Positions 32,862 to 42,873 of a stretch of DNA of 64,000 nucleotides are shown one piece after another (within the stretch, counting starts at the first letter, position 1; each line of letters starts with the position of its first letter). The DNA comes from Porphyridium purpureum (lineage: Eukaryota), in NCBI GenBank assembly GCA_008690995.1, contig VRMN01000001.1, positions 2,852,001 to 2,916,000 on the forward strand, given 5' to 3'. Position numbers and translations under genes: made by a program. The notes under the pieces are model-generated. The model worked only from the letters and a program-made list of their open reading frames with translations. It did no database searches and was not told the origin of the DNA.

Positions 32862-34073
32862 TTAGTCTGCAGCAAGAACATAAAAGATACAATCAACGGT
32901 ATCCTCGCCCTCGCACATACCTGGCAAGCGGCAGCGCCCGTCGACCGCGACGCATCGAATGTCGCCGCCTTCAGCAGGCGTCAGAATCGGCAACACACGA
33001 TCTTCGCAAGGATCTACAATTTCGGTTTCGACACAGGCCCCGACTAAGCCGCAGTCCCTGAACGAGGCAAGATCTGCAAAGGTGCGCAGCATACCCATCT
33101 CCGTGAGCCGCACGAAATCGACGCCTTCCACGCCCAGCTCGCCATTCGCACCAGTCAAGCGATTCACAACGCTAAAGATCCCCCGCTCGCTGTCCTGGCT
33201 GATCAGCCGTCCAGACGAATCAAACGCCAATTGGTCCGCCGTTGCAAACCCGGTGAGCGAGCTCACTGGACTTTGCCCGTCGCTCGGGTCAGCATGGATA
33301 AGTCTATATGCAAAAGACGTTGACGAATTCTCCTCGGTGAAGTAGTCAAGGTCAATGCTAAAGAAGTACTTGAAACCACCACCTGTGCCTACGCTACTTG
33401 CGTACAATATTCCGTTGCAGTCGACTGCCATGTCGCCCCCTCGAAATGTAAACAGCAGCTCGGCCGCCGGCGCATTAGGGTTCGTTGTCACATTCCGAAA
33501 CAAGGTGTTCGTGGTTCGATCGACGACTGTTCCCGTTGCTCTGTCCAGTCGAATGAATTGCAAAATGAGAATTCCTGCCTCTGTTTGCTCTTTGCCTTCG
33601 TCAATCCAAATGTACTGATACGTCTTGGCGTCAAAGGTAGCGCCTAGCACAATGTCGCCGAGAATGGTTGAGTATTCAAACGTATTGGTCAAGACCGAGT
33701 AAAAGCAGAGTCTGGACATTGTATCCCCAAACCGGTCAAACGCGGCAAAAAAGAGGCGCGCCTCTCCATCATATGCCAGGCCATTGGGCGAGAATTCATA
33801 CAAGGGCCCAGTGGCGGTCGCTCCGTTCACGTAACCAAAGCACCGATTCGGAAATCCCGCGGGGTCATTTGCCGCTGCCTGCGTCATGTTTGCGACCAGC
33901 GTCACGGTCGGTTCGATTTCAGCGCCGGCCGAAAAATCCAGTGCGAAAATGTTCTTCTGCACAGGGTCTCGCTCAATGCCGAAGATGATGCCGAGGTTCT
34001 GCAGTCCGTGGACGCTGTGCATCCTCAACGCCAACGCGCACAGCGCAAGCAAAATCACAGCACATCTCGCCAT
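32862..34073 (-). CDS. Secreted beta-rich (propeller-like) protein with Cys-rich C-terminus, paralog 2
   Basis: Signal peptide MARCAVILLALCALALRMHSVHG; colinear similarity to paralogs 1 and 3. Confidence 0.87.
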   Translation of the reverse strand: MARCAVILLALCALALRMHSVHGLQNLGIIFGIERDPVQKNIFALDFSAGAEIEPTVTLVANMTQAAANDPAGFPNRCFGYVNGATATGPLYEFSPNGLAYDGEARLFFAAFDRFGDTMSRLCFYSVLTNTFEYSTILGDIVLGATFDAKTYQYIWIDEGKEQTEAGILILQFIRLDRATGTVVDRTTNTLFRNVTTNPNAPAAELLFTFRGGDMAVDCNGILYASSVGTGGGFKYFFSIDLDYFTEENSSTSFAYRLIHADPSDGQSPVSSLTGFATADQLAFDSSGRLISQDSERGIFSVVNRLTGANGELGVEGVDFVRLTEMGMLRTFADLASFRDCGLVGACVETEIVDPCEDRVLPILTPAEGGDIRCVAVDGRCRLPGMCEGEDTVDCIFYVLAAD

Positions 34074-34194
34074 GGTGTTTGTGGGCCGCTGCCTCCGCCC
34101 CACAGCCCTCTCCCTGTGTCACAGCGACCTTTGGCCTGACACAATCTCTGCGCAGGCAGGTCGAAGCGTGAAGGAAGAGAGGTCATGCCTACAA

Positions 34195-34203
34195 CCTATA
34201 TAG
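34195..34203 (-). promoter_or_regulatory. Putative TATA box of secreted paralog 2
   Basis: CTATATAGG on the minus strand about 125 bp upstream of ATG 34073. Confidence 0.45.
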
Positions 34204-35116
34204 CAGACAGCCTCCTCACCACTGTGGTCGCGCGCGAAAATAAATGAGCGCAGAATCGTTTGACGCCGGCGAGACAACCGCTCTGTCTCTTCCACAGCGC
34301 GCGCTACAGTTCACCCGAGAGCCAGAACCGTCCACGTCGCCTCCTTCAAAAACACCCGCAAAAAATGAGAAGCGTGTACGTCGTTCCACAAAGCGCAAGC
34401 AGCAACGGACCCTATGCAGGGTGGTTCGATTCCGTGCGCCCACAAGTGTGCAGGAGTTCTCCGTTTTGAGAGAGAATGAGAGACGCGTACACGCCAGCAT
34501 GGATTGACGGCTGCTTACCGGGACTCTGTTCGCGCCACCCCGCTTTCTCCTGTTTGCCATTGCGGACTGTGCACCCTGTTCTCCTCGTAAGGACAGTCAA
34601 TGAAGTACGCCTCAGCTATGGGTGGGACATCAGGATTCGACGCGGCAGAGCTTTCACTTGGGGAGAGTGCAAGGCTCCTCTAGTTGCGTGGCTCTCTATT
34701 CTCATTGATTGACTGGCTGTTCCTCCTCCAGCGAATCTTTTGATCGCGCCTACCTCATCTCAAGCAATTTCTGAATGGTCTCAGGGCCCGACACGCCAAG
34801 CAGGCCAACAGTCTTGGTCGTCTTGGCCGCCGTCGCCGTAAATCCTGGGCGCTCACCATGGAGGCGGATACTGGAAGCTCAAGACCGAAAATGTCGGCCA
34901 GGCCCAAGTAAGAACGCAGTCCTGCCGCGTCTTCGGTGAGGTACATCCACTTGTCGGGATTTTCTCCCATCAGGCAGGCAAGTGTGGCAGAAGCGGATCC
35001 CTTGCCACAATATTCGGACTATGTTGCGTCTGACTTGGTATGTCCTTGCTCTATGAAATGAATCGAATCTGGCCTGCCAAACGCGCTATATCCGAGCGCA
35101 CGCATCAACGCCCGTG

Positions 35117-35152
<36 letters not shown>
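35117..35152. repeat. (CAT)12 microsatellite
   Basis: Perfect trinucleotide run read directly from the sequence. Confidence 0.95.
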
Positions 35153-35154
<2 letters not shown>

Positions 35155-36337
35155 GAGGCTTCAGTCATAAGGCACACGAACAGCGTGGCGCCGTCCTCGC
35201 AGCTGCGTATCGCGCTACCTAGGCTGTCCATTTTTTGTCGACGAAGCCGCGTGATACTCGGATGAATACTTTTGTTTGTGTTGGTCAATCCTGCAGCGAG
35301 TACGCTAGGCGTCTTCAGGAGGCGTGGAAAGATCTCATCCATCCAGCATGCGTGCAAAACGCTCATCATGGCTTGGCCATGGTTGCTATGATTTAGGCAC
35401 GGTCGCCCGAAGAGCGACAGCCGTAGGCCAGCGTATCAATGTCGGCGAGCATAGGCCCTGTGTCTAAACCCAGTGCGCGCCAAAAATTGGCCACCATTTG
35501 CGAGCCTCCAGTAGATCTCGGGTTGAGCACAACCACTGGTTATTCTATTGAGGCCGGCAAGTGGTGAACGAGTGGAAACAGCGTCATTGCAGCACGCGTG
35601 GAGGCGATGCAGACGTCGAGGTCCAAGAAGAACCAAAGCAAACTTTATTGGCAGTACAGCGATCGGATGCGTGACCGTTGCCATCCACGGAGACGCCTGC
35701 TGCGTCCATACCAATCATGGATGGCTCCATGCGTCGCCTCTCATATGGGATGGCGGGCGTAACTCGACTGCATGGCGCGCCCCGTCTTTGACCTTGACAT
35801 CGGTACCCAGTGGTTATAGACTTGCTCTACACTGAACCGCACTGCTTCATTATTGCCAAGCCACGGCAGCAGCAGCTTTCATGACACCCCGAGCTTGGTC
35901 GCCTGTTGGCCTTGAGCAAGCCTCACCATCGGCTTGACTGTACCTACCGGACTTGGTAGTGTACGTCTGCTGACACCATGGCTTACACCGTTGTAATTCC
36001 GAGGTAGCCGGCGGGAGCACGGAGCACCTGTCGAGTGCCATGTTGTGGAGCCAGCGATGCCATGTGGAATTCTGCACACGCAAGCATTATTATGTGCGGC
36101 GGGTCTTGTTGGTGTTTGGTGAGTAATCCTCATCGTGAAGCTCGTGACCTGCTGTTGCGCCGAGACGAAGGCTTCGACGCTGGGCGCACGGCCAGCTGCC
36201 ATCGACAACACAGAGTGACAAGCGTTTCCTGCTTTGAATTTGTACGCGAGATGTCTCGACATGTGGAACCTTGATTCAAGCAGCGTACAACAAGTTGTGA
36301 AGTGTACTTGCCCGCTCGTGTTCGGCAGCCTAAAGGT

Positions 36338-36345
36338 TATATAAA
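36338..36345 (+). promoter_or_regulatory. Putative TATA box of secreted paralog 3
   Basis: TATATAAA about 155 bp upstream of ATG 36501. Confidence 0.55.
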
Positions 36346-36500
36346 TGCGGAAGCGACTGCCTCTAAGCACAAAGTCCCGAGGGATGAAGAAGAGTCGCAG
36401 AGTAGCAAAGCAAACATTCAAGAGATAACGAGAACCGGGAGCGAAAGTGAACTCGACAAGAATAAGGCATAGTCTCTTATCCACTCGACGAGTGGCTGCC

Positions 36501-37763
36501 ATGATGTACCCAAGCAAGCATGGTGTGTTGGCTCCGATCATGCTCGTCTTCTGCTTTGTGTACTTCCATGTCCGAAGCATCCAGGCCCTACCAAATGCAG
36601 GTGTGATTTACGCCATTGAACGACACCCAGAACAGAAGAACATTTTCGCCCTGGACTTTTCCGCAGGCGCAGGAATGACCCCAGGCGTCACGTTGATTAC
36701 AAACATGACCCAGGCGGCGGCAGACGATCCGGAAGGTTTCCCGATGCAATGCTTTGGATACGTAAATGGCGAGACAGGCACAGGAGAGCTATATGAGTTC
36801 TCTCCAAACGGACTAGCGCATGATGCCGATTCGCGTCTGTATTTCGCAGCGTTGGACCAGTACGGCGGGACCTCATCGCGCCTTTGCTTTTATTCGATGG
36901 TGACCAATTCCTTCGAGTTCGCTGCAGAACTTGGCGAAGTCGTCATGGGTGCCACTTTCGATGCCACATTGTACCAGTACGTCTGGCTTGATGAGGGCAA
37001 GCACCAGTCGGAGGCCGGCATCCTCGTTTTACAGTTTGCGCGACTGGACAGGGCGACGGGTCAGGTTTTGGAGCGAGTGACTAATACCATGTTCCGCAAT
37101 GTGACAACAGACCCGAACGCACCGGCGGCCGAACTGCCGTTTACCTTTCGCGGGGGCGACCTCGTGATTGACTGCAACGGCGTTCTGTACGGCAGCAGCG
37201 TCGGGACCGGCGGCGGATTTAAGTACTTCTTTGCCATCAATTTGAATCACTTTGCAACGAGCCCAGGAAACGTATCCTCCATGCCGTACGAGTACCGACT
37301 CATCCACGCAGACACGAGCGATGATCCTAGCCAGGTGAGTACATTGACCGGATTTGCGACGGCAGATCAGCTGGCGTTTGACATGATGGAGAGGCTAATT
37401 AGCCAGGACAGCGAGCGAGGCATCTTCAGTGTGGTGGACCCTGGGACGGGTGCGAATGGTGAGCTAGGCGTAAAGGGTGTAGACTTCATCCAACTCACTG
37501 AGATGGGTATGCTGCGCACTTTCGCCGACCTTGCCTCGACGCTGAACTGTGATGCGCGCGTCATTGCGTCAACGTGCAGTCAGACTCAAATCATGGACCC
37601 GTGTGAGGACGAGATGGTCGATGTGATGATGCCCGACGAGGGCGGTGAAATCCAGTGCGTGCTTGTGCAAGGGCACTGCCGTCAGGCAGACTCGTGCAAC
37701 GAAGAGCACATGGTGGCTTGTGACTACTATGTTTCCATGGGCGAATGGGAGTCCGTGTTTTGA
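36501..37763 (+). CDS. Secreted beta-rich (propeller-like) protein with Cys-rich C-terminus, paralog 3
   Basis: Signal peptide (VLAPIMLVFCFVYFHVRSIQA); long identical stretches with paralog 2 (QKNIFALDFSAGA, LYEFSPNGLA, LTEMGMLRTFADLAS). Confidence 0.87.
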   Translation: MMYPSKHGVLAPIMLVFCFVYFHVRSIQALPNAGVIYAIERHPEQKNIFALDFSAGAGMTPGVTLITNMTQAAADDPEGFPMQCFGYVNGETGTGELYEFSPNGLAHDADSRLYFAALDQYGGTSSRLCFYSMVTNSFEFAAELGEVVMGATFDATLYQYVWLDEGKHQSEAGILVLQFARLDRATGQVLERVTNTMFRNVTTDPNAPAAELPFTFRGGDLVIDCNGVLYGSSVGTGGGFKYFFAINLNHFATSPGNVSSMPYEYRLIHADTSDDPSQVSTLTGFATADQLAFDMMERLISQDSERGIFSVVDPGTGANGELGVKGVDFIQLTEMGMLRTFADLASTLNCDARVIASTCSQTQIMDPCEDEMVDVMMPDEGGEIQCVLVQGHCRQADSCNEEHMVACDYYVSMGEWESVF

Positions 37764-38251
37764 ATTAAATATTTTCGATAGCTGTGATTCCGTGTAAAGT
37801 GGGATTATCCCGGGACAATCGAGGGCTCGTCATAAAGAGATCACCAACTTTTGAATCACCACCCAAACAGGAGCTTAGTGGTCACAAACTCCCCATGGCA
37901 GCTATCACGCGCCCACATGCCGTGCCGACCAAATGTGATGCCAGATTCTGAACCGTTTTACTTCATGATCCATTTGTGAAGTTAACGGTTTGGGGTTGTG
38001 TACAGTTACTGTACCATATTCCCGCATTACATGTGTTCTTAAACGACATCATTTGTTGAATCTTTCATTTCGACATTACAAAAGAATTCGACAGAGAAGA
38101 GTCAACTAGTCACTTCAAACTGATTTGTCACAACCCTAATTCTAGATAGGAACGAGCGCGGTACACGAGGGGGAAAGTTGGTTGACACGTGCGAGTATGC
38201 GTGTGACACGGAGAGAGAGAGAAAGAGCACACAGAGTCCGCGCGGCGTCAG

Positions 38252-39106
38252 ATGAAGTTTGGCGGCGCCGGAAAGGCATACAGGGGCCGCGGAGGCGGCG
38301 CGGGACAAAAGGGCCGCTCGGGCTTTGGGCATGGGTCTGGGTCGGGGGGCAGCTTCCGCCAGTACGGACAGGCACCTTCGTCACATGCGGCGCGAAAGCC
38401 AGTAGCGCGCGCGGCGCGTCAGGAGTTTGGCGGCGCACAGGATGACGACATGCAACTGCTCTCGCGGTACACAACATGGCGGAAACGCGTGCTCAAAGAG
38501 TTCAACTTGCGGCTCGAAGACTTTGGTGGCGATGAACGCAAGTACAACGACTACTTGGAGATGGTCGAGGATCTGATTCAGAAACTGGCTCACGGCGTGG
38601 ATCCAGAGGAGACCGAGGAGGCGCTGGCTAAGAATCGCGCGGATAATGCGGAAAGAATTCGAATCAACCAGATCCGGAAGGCCGAGGAGGACCGCGCGGC
38701 AGCAGAAAAGCTTGCTGTTGAGGAGCGCGAGTGGCGGCAACAATTGGAGAAATTGAGGCGCGCAGATGCCGAAATGGAACGGGAGCATAGGCTGGAACGT
38801 GAGTTACGGCGAGTGGAACAGATTGAGCGCGTTCAGGGCAAGCAAGGCAGTATGCGCGCCAAAATTGAGGCAATGCGTGGCGGAGGTGCTCACGGCGTCG
38901 AGGACCCCCAACCAACCGCGCTCGCCCCGTCGATGATGGCAACGAATCCTGTGCTTGGATTCATTCTCCCGGGCGCGGTAGTCGACGCGCGCGTGCCAGA
39001 TAAAAACGAGAAGGATCCAAATCTCGCACGAAAGGCCGCAGGCTGGGACCCGGAACTTGTCGAACAGCGCGCCATACTGGAGTTCATGCAGTCGCTGGCG
39101 CTATGA
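38252..39106 (+). CDS. MAT1: CDK-activating kinase assembly factor MAT1/Tfb3-like, no RING finger
   Basis: RKRVLKEFNLRLEDF..YNDYLEMVEDLIQKL..GVD, coiled coil, C-terminal AAGW..RAILEF. Confidence 0.82.
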   Translation: MKFGGAGKAYRGRGGGAGQKGRSGFGHGSGSGGSFRQYGQAPSSHAARKPVARAARQEFGGAQDDDMQLLSRYTTWRKRVLKEFNLRLEDFGGDERKYNDYLEMVEDLIQKLAHGVDPEETEEALAKNRADNAERIRINQIRKAEEDRAAAEKLAVEEREWRQQLEKLRRADAEMEREHRLERELRRVEQIERVQGKQGSMRAKIEAMRGGGAHGVEDPQPTALAPSMMATNPVLGFILPGAVVDARVPDKNEKDPNLARKAAGWDPELVEQRAILEFMQSLAL

Positions 39107-39148
39107 CCAACTTGACTTTTACTTCGCTATTTATGAAATAAGCACAGA

Positions 39149-41383
39149 TCAGAGCTTGTGCTGCCTTCGACGGAACAACGCACGCTGTTCCGTATTGGTG
39201 TTCGTCGCGGTTTTCAAAATATCAGTGAGGCTGGCCATCTTGTCCGCGTTTTGCTCCAGGTACTCTTGCGTGCGTTGCGCCAGGTTTTCGAGTTCGACTG
39301 GCCGCGACTCATCTAGGATTAGCTGCTCTCGTGACAACACCGGGTTCAGTCGAAAGTAAACATTGGAAGGTGCGAGGTCCTCCATTGCGTGATGCACGGC
39401 CTCGGTATCCGTTGCACTATCGATAAGCGCGCGCGCCAGGGCCAGCACGCGTACCCTCAAATTGGTCGCAGGTTGACTTGCACCTGCTGTCAGACCCGAT
39501 GAAGCTCCGGATCCAAAGGGAGAAGCAGTCGTCTTGTCCGTCTCAGCTGGTGGCAGCTCAACCTTGACGTCACCTTCGCGATGAACAGGCAGCTCGCCAT
39601 TGCGGCTCGCGATCACAGTCTGGCCACGTCGGCTGCGCAGCACGCGGAACTCTTCCTCGTCTCTCACAATTTCCTGCCGGCCAGACCCAACCGATACCAC
39701 AATTTCAAGGGGACGGTCGGGGAACAACATGCGTGCCTCGTGCACGGCAATCGCCGTGGGATTGTTGACGAGCAGCGCTCCGTCGCAAAAGAGCTCATCC
39801 CCACTCTGTAGCGGATCAAAATACGCTGGTGCTGCTGTGGTCGCGCGAGCCGCCTCCCACAGCCTATGGTGCACACCATGCGCATAACGTGACGATTTGG
39901 TTTCAGCAGCAGGGCTCATCTCACCGCTCACAGGTGACATGACCGGTGGTCGATAGTTGCTGTGCAAATACACGTCTGCCGGTGCTGATGCGGACGCACC
40001 CATGCGTGTGCTCACGGCGAACACTTTGGGAACCCGGTGGTAAGTATGACCCGAGCCCGCGGTCCCTTCGTGGGTACTTTGACACACCGAGCAGTCGGGA
40101 ACACAAAACTCATGCGCTTCCTGAGCTCGCGAATCAATGAGCCATGAACTGCCGAGCTCGCTTTTGAACACAGCTTCGAGAGCCTTGGTATCGTACTGGC
40201 CACGATTCAAGATCACGTAGCCAGTAGAGAACGCACCCTTGACAAAAATCCGACTGCTCATGTCAGTGCAAAGATCAATGCACTCCTGTACTGTCATGTT
40301 CCGCACACCGAGCGCGAGAGCTAACAGCCCGCCTGATGAAGTACCCCCAATCACATCAAAAAGGTCTCGGATGCGCCGACCTGTATCAGTTTCGATTCTT
40401 TGCAAAATTTGGAGTGCAACCACAGCTCGACTCCCGCCGCCATCGATTGAGAGCACGCGAACGCCCCGTCTACGCGGTATCGGCAGGTGAGTGGACGCTG
40501 CAAGTGATGAAGCGGTCCGCAGCAGCATTTGCGCCGCGGCAGAGCCTGCTGAAGGCGTCTGTTGACTGCTTCTGTCTTTCAAAGTACCTCGATCTGCACC
40601 GACCGCCGCGCGCAGACGCGCGTGCGCAGCCGCAATACGATGCGCCACTTCGGGAGAAAATACATCGTGGCGCTTGCTTTGGGCCAGCACACACGAACGC
40701 ACGCGTGAGGCCAATTGCATGAGTTCCATTGTGAGACCTGCGTCCAACGCAACGGTGGTGCACGCCTCGCCGCCAGCCGCGAGCGAACCAACAATTTCCA
40801 GCCCACACGCCAGGCACCTGGCAATGACTTCGGACGCCTCCTGTTCCTGTTCTGAAGGCTCATTTGCTCGTGCTTGGCGATCAAAAGTGCGAGGCCGCTG
40901 AGCCTGGAGAGACGCGACTTTTAGAGCTGTCGCTTCAACCGCACGCTTCATCAGCGGCACAAATGCGGCCCTGAGCACCTCGATAATGCCGTATGGAGGA
41001 GGCTGCACGGCCAGAAACAGTGTCGTGTCTCTCTGCACGCATCGTAAGAGTTTGTCTATGGTATGGAGCAGCGCATACAGCTGTCCAAAATTCATGTTGG
41101 CAGTGTCGTTTGCTCTGGCTTGGTTTTGGAGCCGACCGCATATCCGATTGGTACTGAAGAGCAGTGCGCGCATACCCTGTTCCCTACAAAACAGCGTGGC
41201 CAATTCACCGCGATCCTCTGCGTCCGCACACCACACGCCCAGCGCACACAATTGCAGCAGATGTGACCCAAGCCGTACATTCTCCGTCCCTATTACACTT
41301 CCACTCCCGCGCCATTGCTTCTCATCCTCCTGGATGCTCTGCAGAAGCCTGGCGGTCTCCTTCCTCACCCGTCGCGACGACAT
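39149..41383 (-). CDS. Patatin-like phospholipase (iPLA2-gamma/PNPLA8-like)
   Basis: LSIDGGGSR, GTSSG nucleophile, ATTAAPAYF, DGA catalytic Asp, NNP, VSVGSG, YFRLNP. Confidence 0.92.
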   Translation of the reverse strand: MSSRRVRKETARLLQSIQEDEKQWRGSGSVIGTENVRLGSHLLQLCALGVWCADAEDRGELATLFCREQGMRALLFSTNRICGRLQNQARANDTANMNFGQLYALLHTIDKLLRCVQRDTTLFLAVQPPPYGIIEVLRAAFVPLMKRAVEATALKVASLQAQRPRTFDRQARANEPSEQEQEASEVIARCLACGLEIVGSLAAGGEACTTVALDAGLTMELMQLASRVRSCVLAQSKRHDVFSPEVAHRIAAAHARLRAAVGADRGTLKDRSSQQTPSAGSAAAQMLLRTASSLAASTHLPIPRRRGVRVLSIDGGGSRAVVALQILQRIETDTGRRIRDLFDVIGGTSSGGLLALALGVRNMTVQECIDLCTDMSSRIFVKGAFSTGYVILNRGQYDTKALEAVFKSELGSSWLIDSRAQEAHEFCVPDCSVCQSTHEGTAGSGHTYHRVPKVFAVSTRMGASASAPADVYLHSNYRPPVMSPVSGEMSPAAETKSSRYAHGVHHRLWEAARATTAAPAYFDPLQSGDELFCDGALLVNNPTAIAVHEARMLFPDRPLEIVVSVGSGRQEIVRDEEEFRVLRSRRGQTVIASRNGELPVHREGDVKVELPPAETDKTTASPFGSGASSGLTAGASQPATNLRVRVLALARALIDSATDTEAVHHAMEDLAPSNVYFRLNPVLSREQLILDESRPVELENLAQRTQEYLEQNADKMASLTDILKTATNTNTEQRALFRRRQHKL

Positions 41384-41534
41384 GCTCTCTCCTCAGCCGC
41401 TCACACTCGCACAAAACGTGTGACATGTCCGATACCCAGAAGCTCGCAGCTGACGAACTTGGTCAAGCCCTCGTTCGTGGAATTTGTCCGAGCAGGAATC
41501 ACTCACGGCTACCGCGCGCTTTCTATTATTTGTT

Positions 41535-41990
41535 ATGGCGTTTGTCATCGCACCTGCAGGGAGCGGCACTCGCGCAGCGCGCAACGCGCGTCAGAGCCTC
41601 AGCAAGGCTGAACATGCGGTCGTGCCGGTGCGTGGCCGTGCAAGGGCGCGTCACTCAACTGCACACATGTCGGCAAGATGGTTTGAAGTCGTAGGCCGCA
41701 GCCTTCAGCAGGTATGCGGGACCCCAAGTCCTATCCCATCTCCGATGGCAATGATGGTAATGGTGGTCGTCGTCGCGACAGCAGCAGCAGAGCCCGAGAC
41801 GGTCAATGTGGTTGGTGATCGCGACCTCTACCTCAAGATCTTTGGCGGCGGGATCGGCATTATTATGTCTGGCTTCCTCGGAGCAGCCGTCATATCCGGT
41901 GCGATGAGCGAGGACCGGCTGAAGCGGTTGTCCGATCAGTACGACGAAGACCGCCGCGACAGCCTGCGAAAGGACGGTGATGACGCGTAG
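41535..41990 (+). CDS. Small plastid, probably thylakoid, membrane protein of unknown function
   Basis: MAFVIAP transit peptide; hydrophobic segment ending ATAAA; one Gly-rich TM (IFGGGIGIIMSGFLGAAVISG); charged tail. Confidence 0.65.
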   Translation: MAFVIAPAGSGTRAARNARQSLSKAEHAVVPVRGRARARHSTAHMSARWFEVVGRSLQQVCGTPSPIPSPMAMMVMVVVVATAAAEPETVNVVGDRDLYLKIFGGGIGIIMSGFLGAAVISGAMSEDRLKRLSDQYDEDRRDSLRKDGDDA

Positions 41991-42116
41991 ATTCCTTGTT
42001 GCCGCTCGGCTCTTTTCTGTCTCGTTTGCACTCGCTATGTCACTCCATGGACACATGATTACTGGACAATAAAGATCCCATGGTGGGGAGCGGGAAGGTG
42101 AGGATTCGCGTATCAA

Positions 42117-42767
42117 ATGGCGTCGGACGACGACTCGTTGGTGCACTTTGGCGTGCTGGAGCGCGTACAGGTGCCGGACGATAACAGTTGTTTGTTCAGG
42201 TCGGTCATAAACTGTCTCGGAGGTCCAACGCATGCTCCCGTGCGCACGGTGCCGGAACTGCGGGCGCTAGTGGCGGCCAAGATTGGTGCAGAGCCCGACG
42301 TGTATAGCGAGGCGGTGCTCGGAAAACCGAATCGCACGTACCAAACATGGATCACGGGTGAGAACGCGTGGGGCGGCGCGATCGAGTTGTCGATCTTTGC
42401 GTCGGTGTTTCAGATCGAGTTTGCTGCCGTGGACGTCAAGACACTTCGCATTTATCGGTACGGCGAGGACGCGAGTTACGCACAGCGTGCGTTTCTCATC
42501 TATGACGGCATTCACTACGATTCGGTTGCGCTCCGCCTCATTGGCTCGGCGCCGTCAGACCCACTCATCACCCAGTTCCCCGCGTCTGACGCTTTGGCTG
42601 TAGACAAAGTACGCGAGCTGGCACGTGAGTTCAACAGGCGCGGCGAGTATACCGATACTGCCGGGTTTACCCTCAAGTGCGCCGACTGCGGCGCCCGCCT
42701 CGTCGGCGAAAAGCAGGCTGTCCAGCATGCCCAAGCCACAGGACACGCCAACTTTACCGAGAGTTAG
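42117..42767 (+). CDS. OTU1: OTU1/YOD1-like deubiquitinase with C-terminal C2H2 zinc finger
   Basis: VPDDNSCLF, WGGAIEL, YDGIHYD, CADC...HAQATGH. Confidence 0.93.
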   Translation: MASDDDSLVHFGVLERVQVPDDNSCLFRSVINCLGGPTHAPVRTVPELRALVAAKIGAEPDVYSEAVLGKPNRTYQTWITGENAWGGAIELSIFASVFQIEFAAVDVKTLRIYRYGEDASYAQRAFLIYDGIHYDSVALRLIGSAPSDPLITQFPASDALAVDKVRELAREFNRRGEYTDTAGFTLKCADCGARLVGEKQAVQHAQATGHANFTES

Positions 42768-42873
42768 GGCCTTGAACACGGCGAGATCAAGTAAAGCGGA
42801 CGCCGAACGACATGATCGGGCAGTCAGAACGTTGAAAGGATTCTCCGGGCGTCTAGGACGATTTTCGGACACG

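Noticed and set aside
42625..42873. N-terminal extension of the IGPS-like ORF overlapping OTU1
   Set aside because: Begins at a non-ATG codon inside OTU1; ATG 42874 gives a plausible transit peptide
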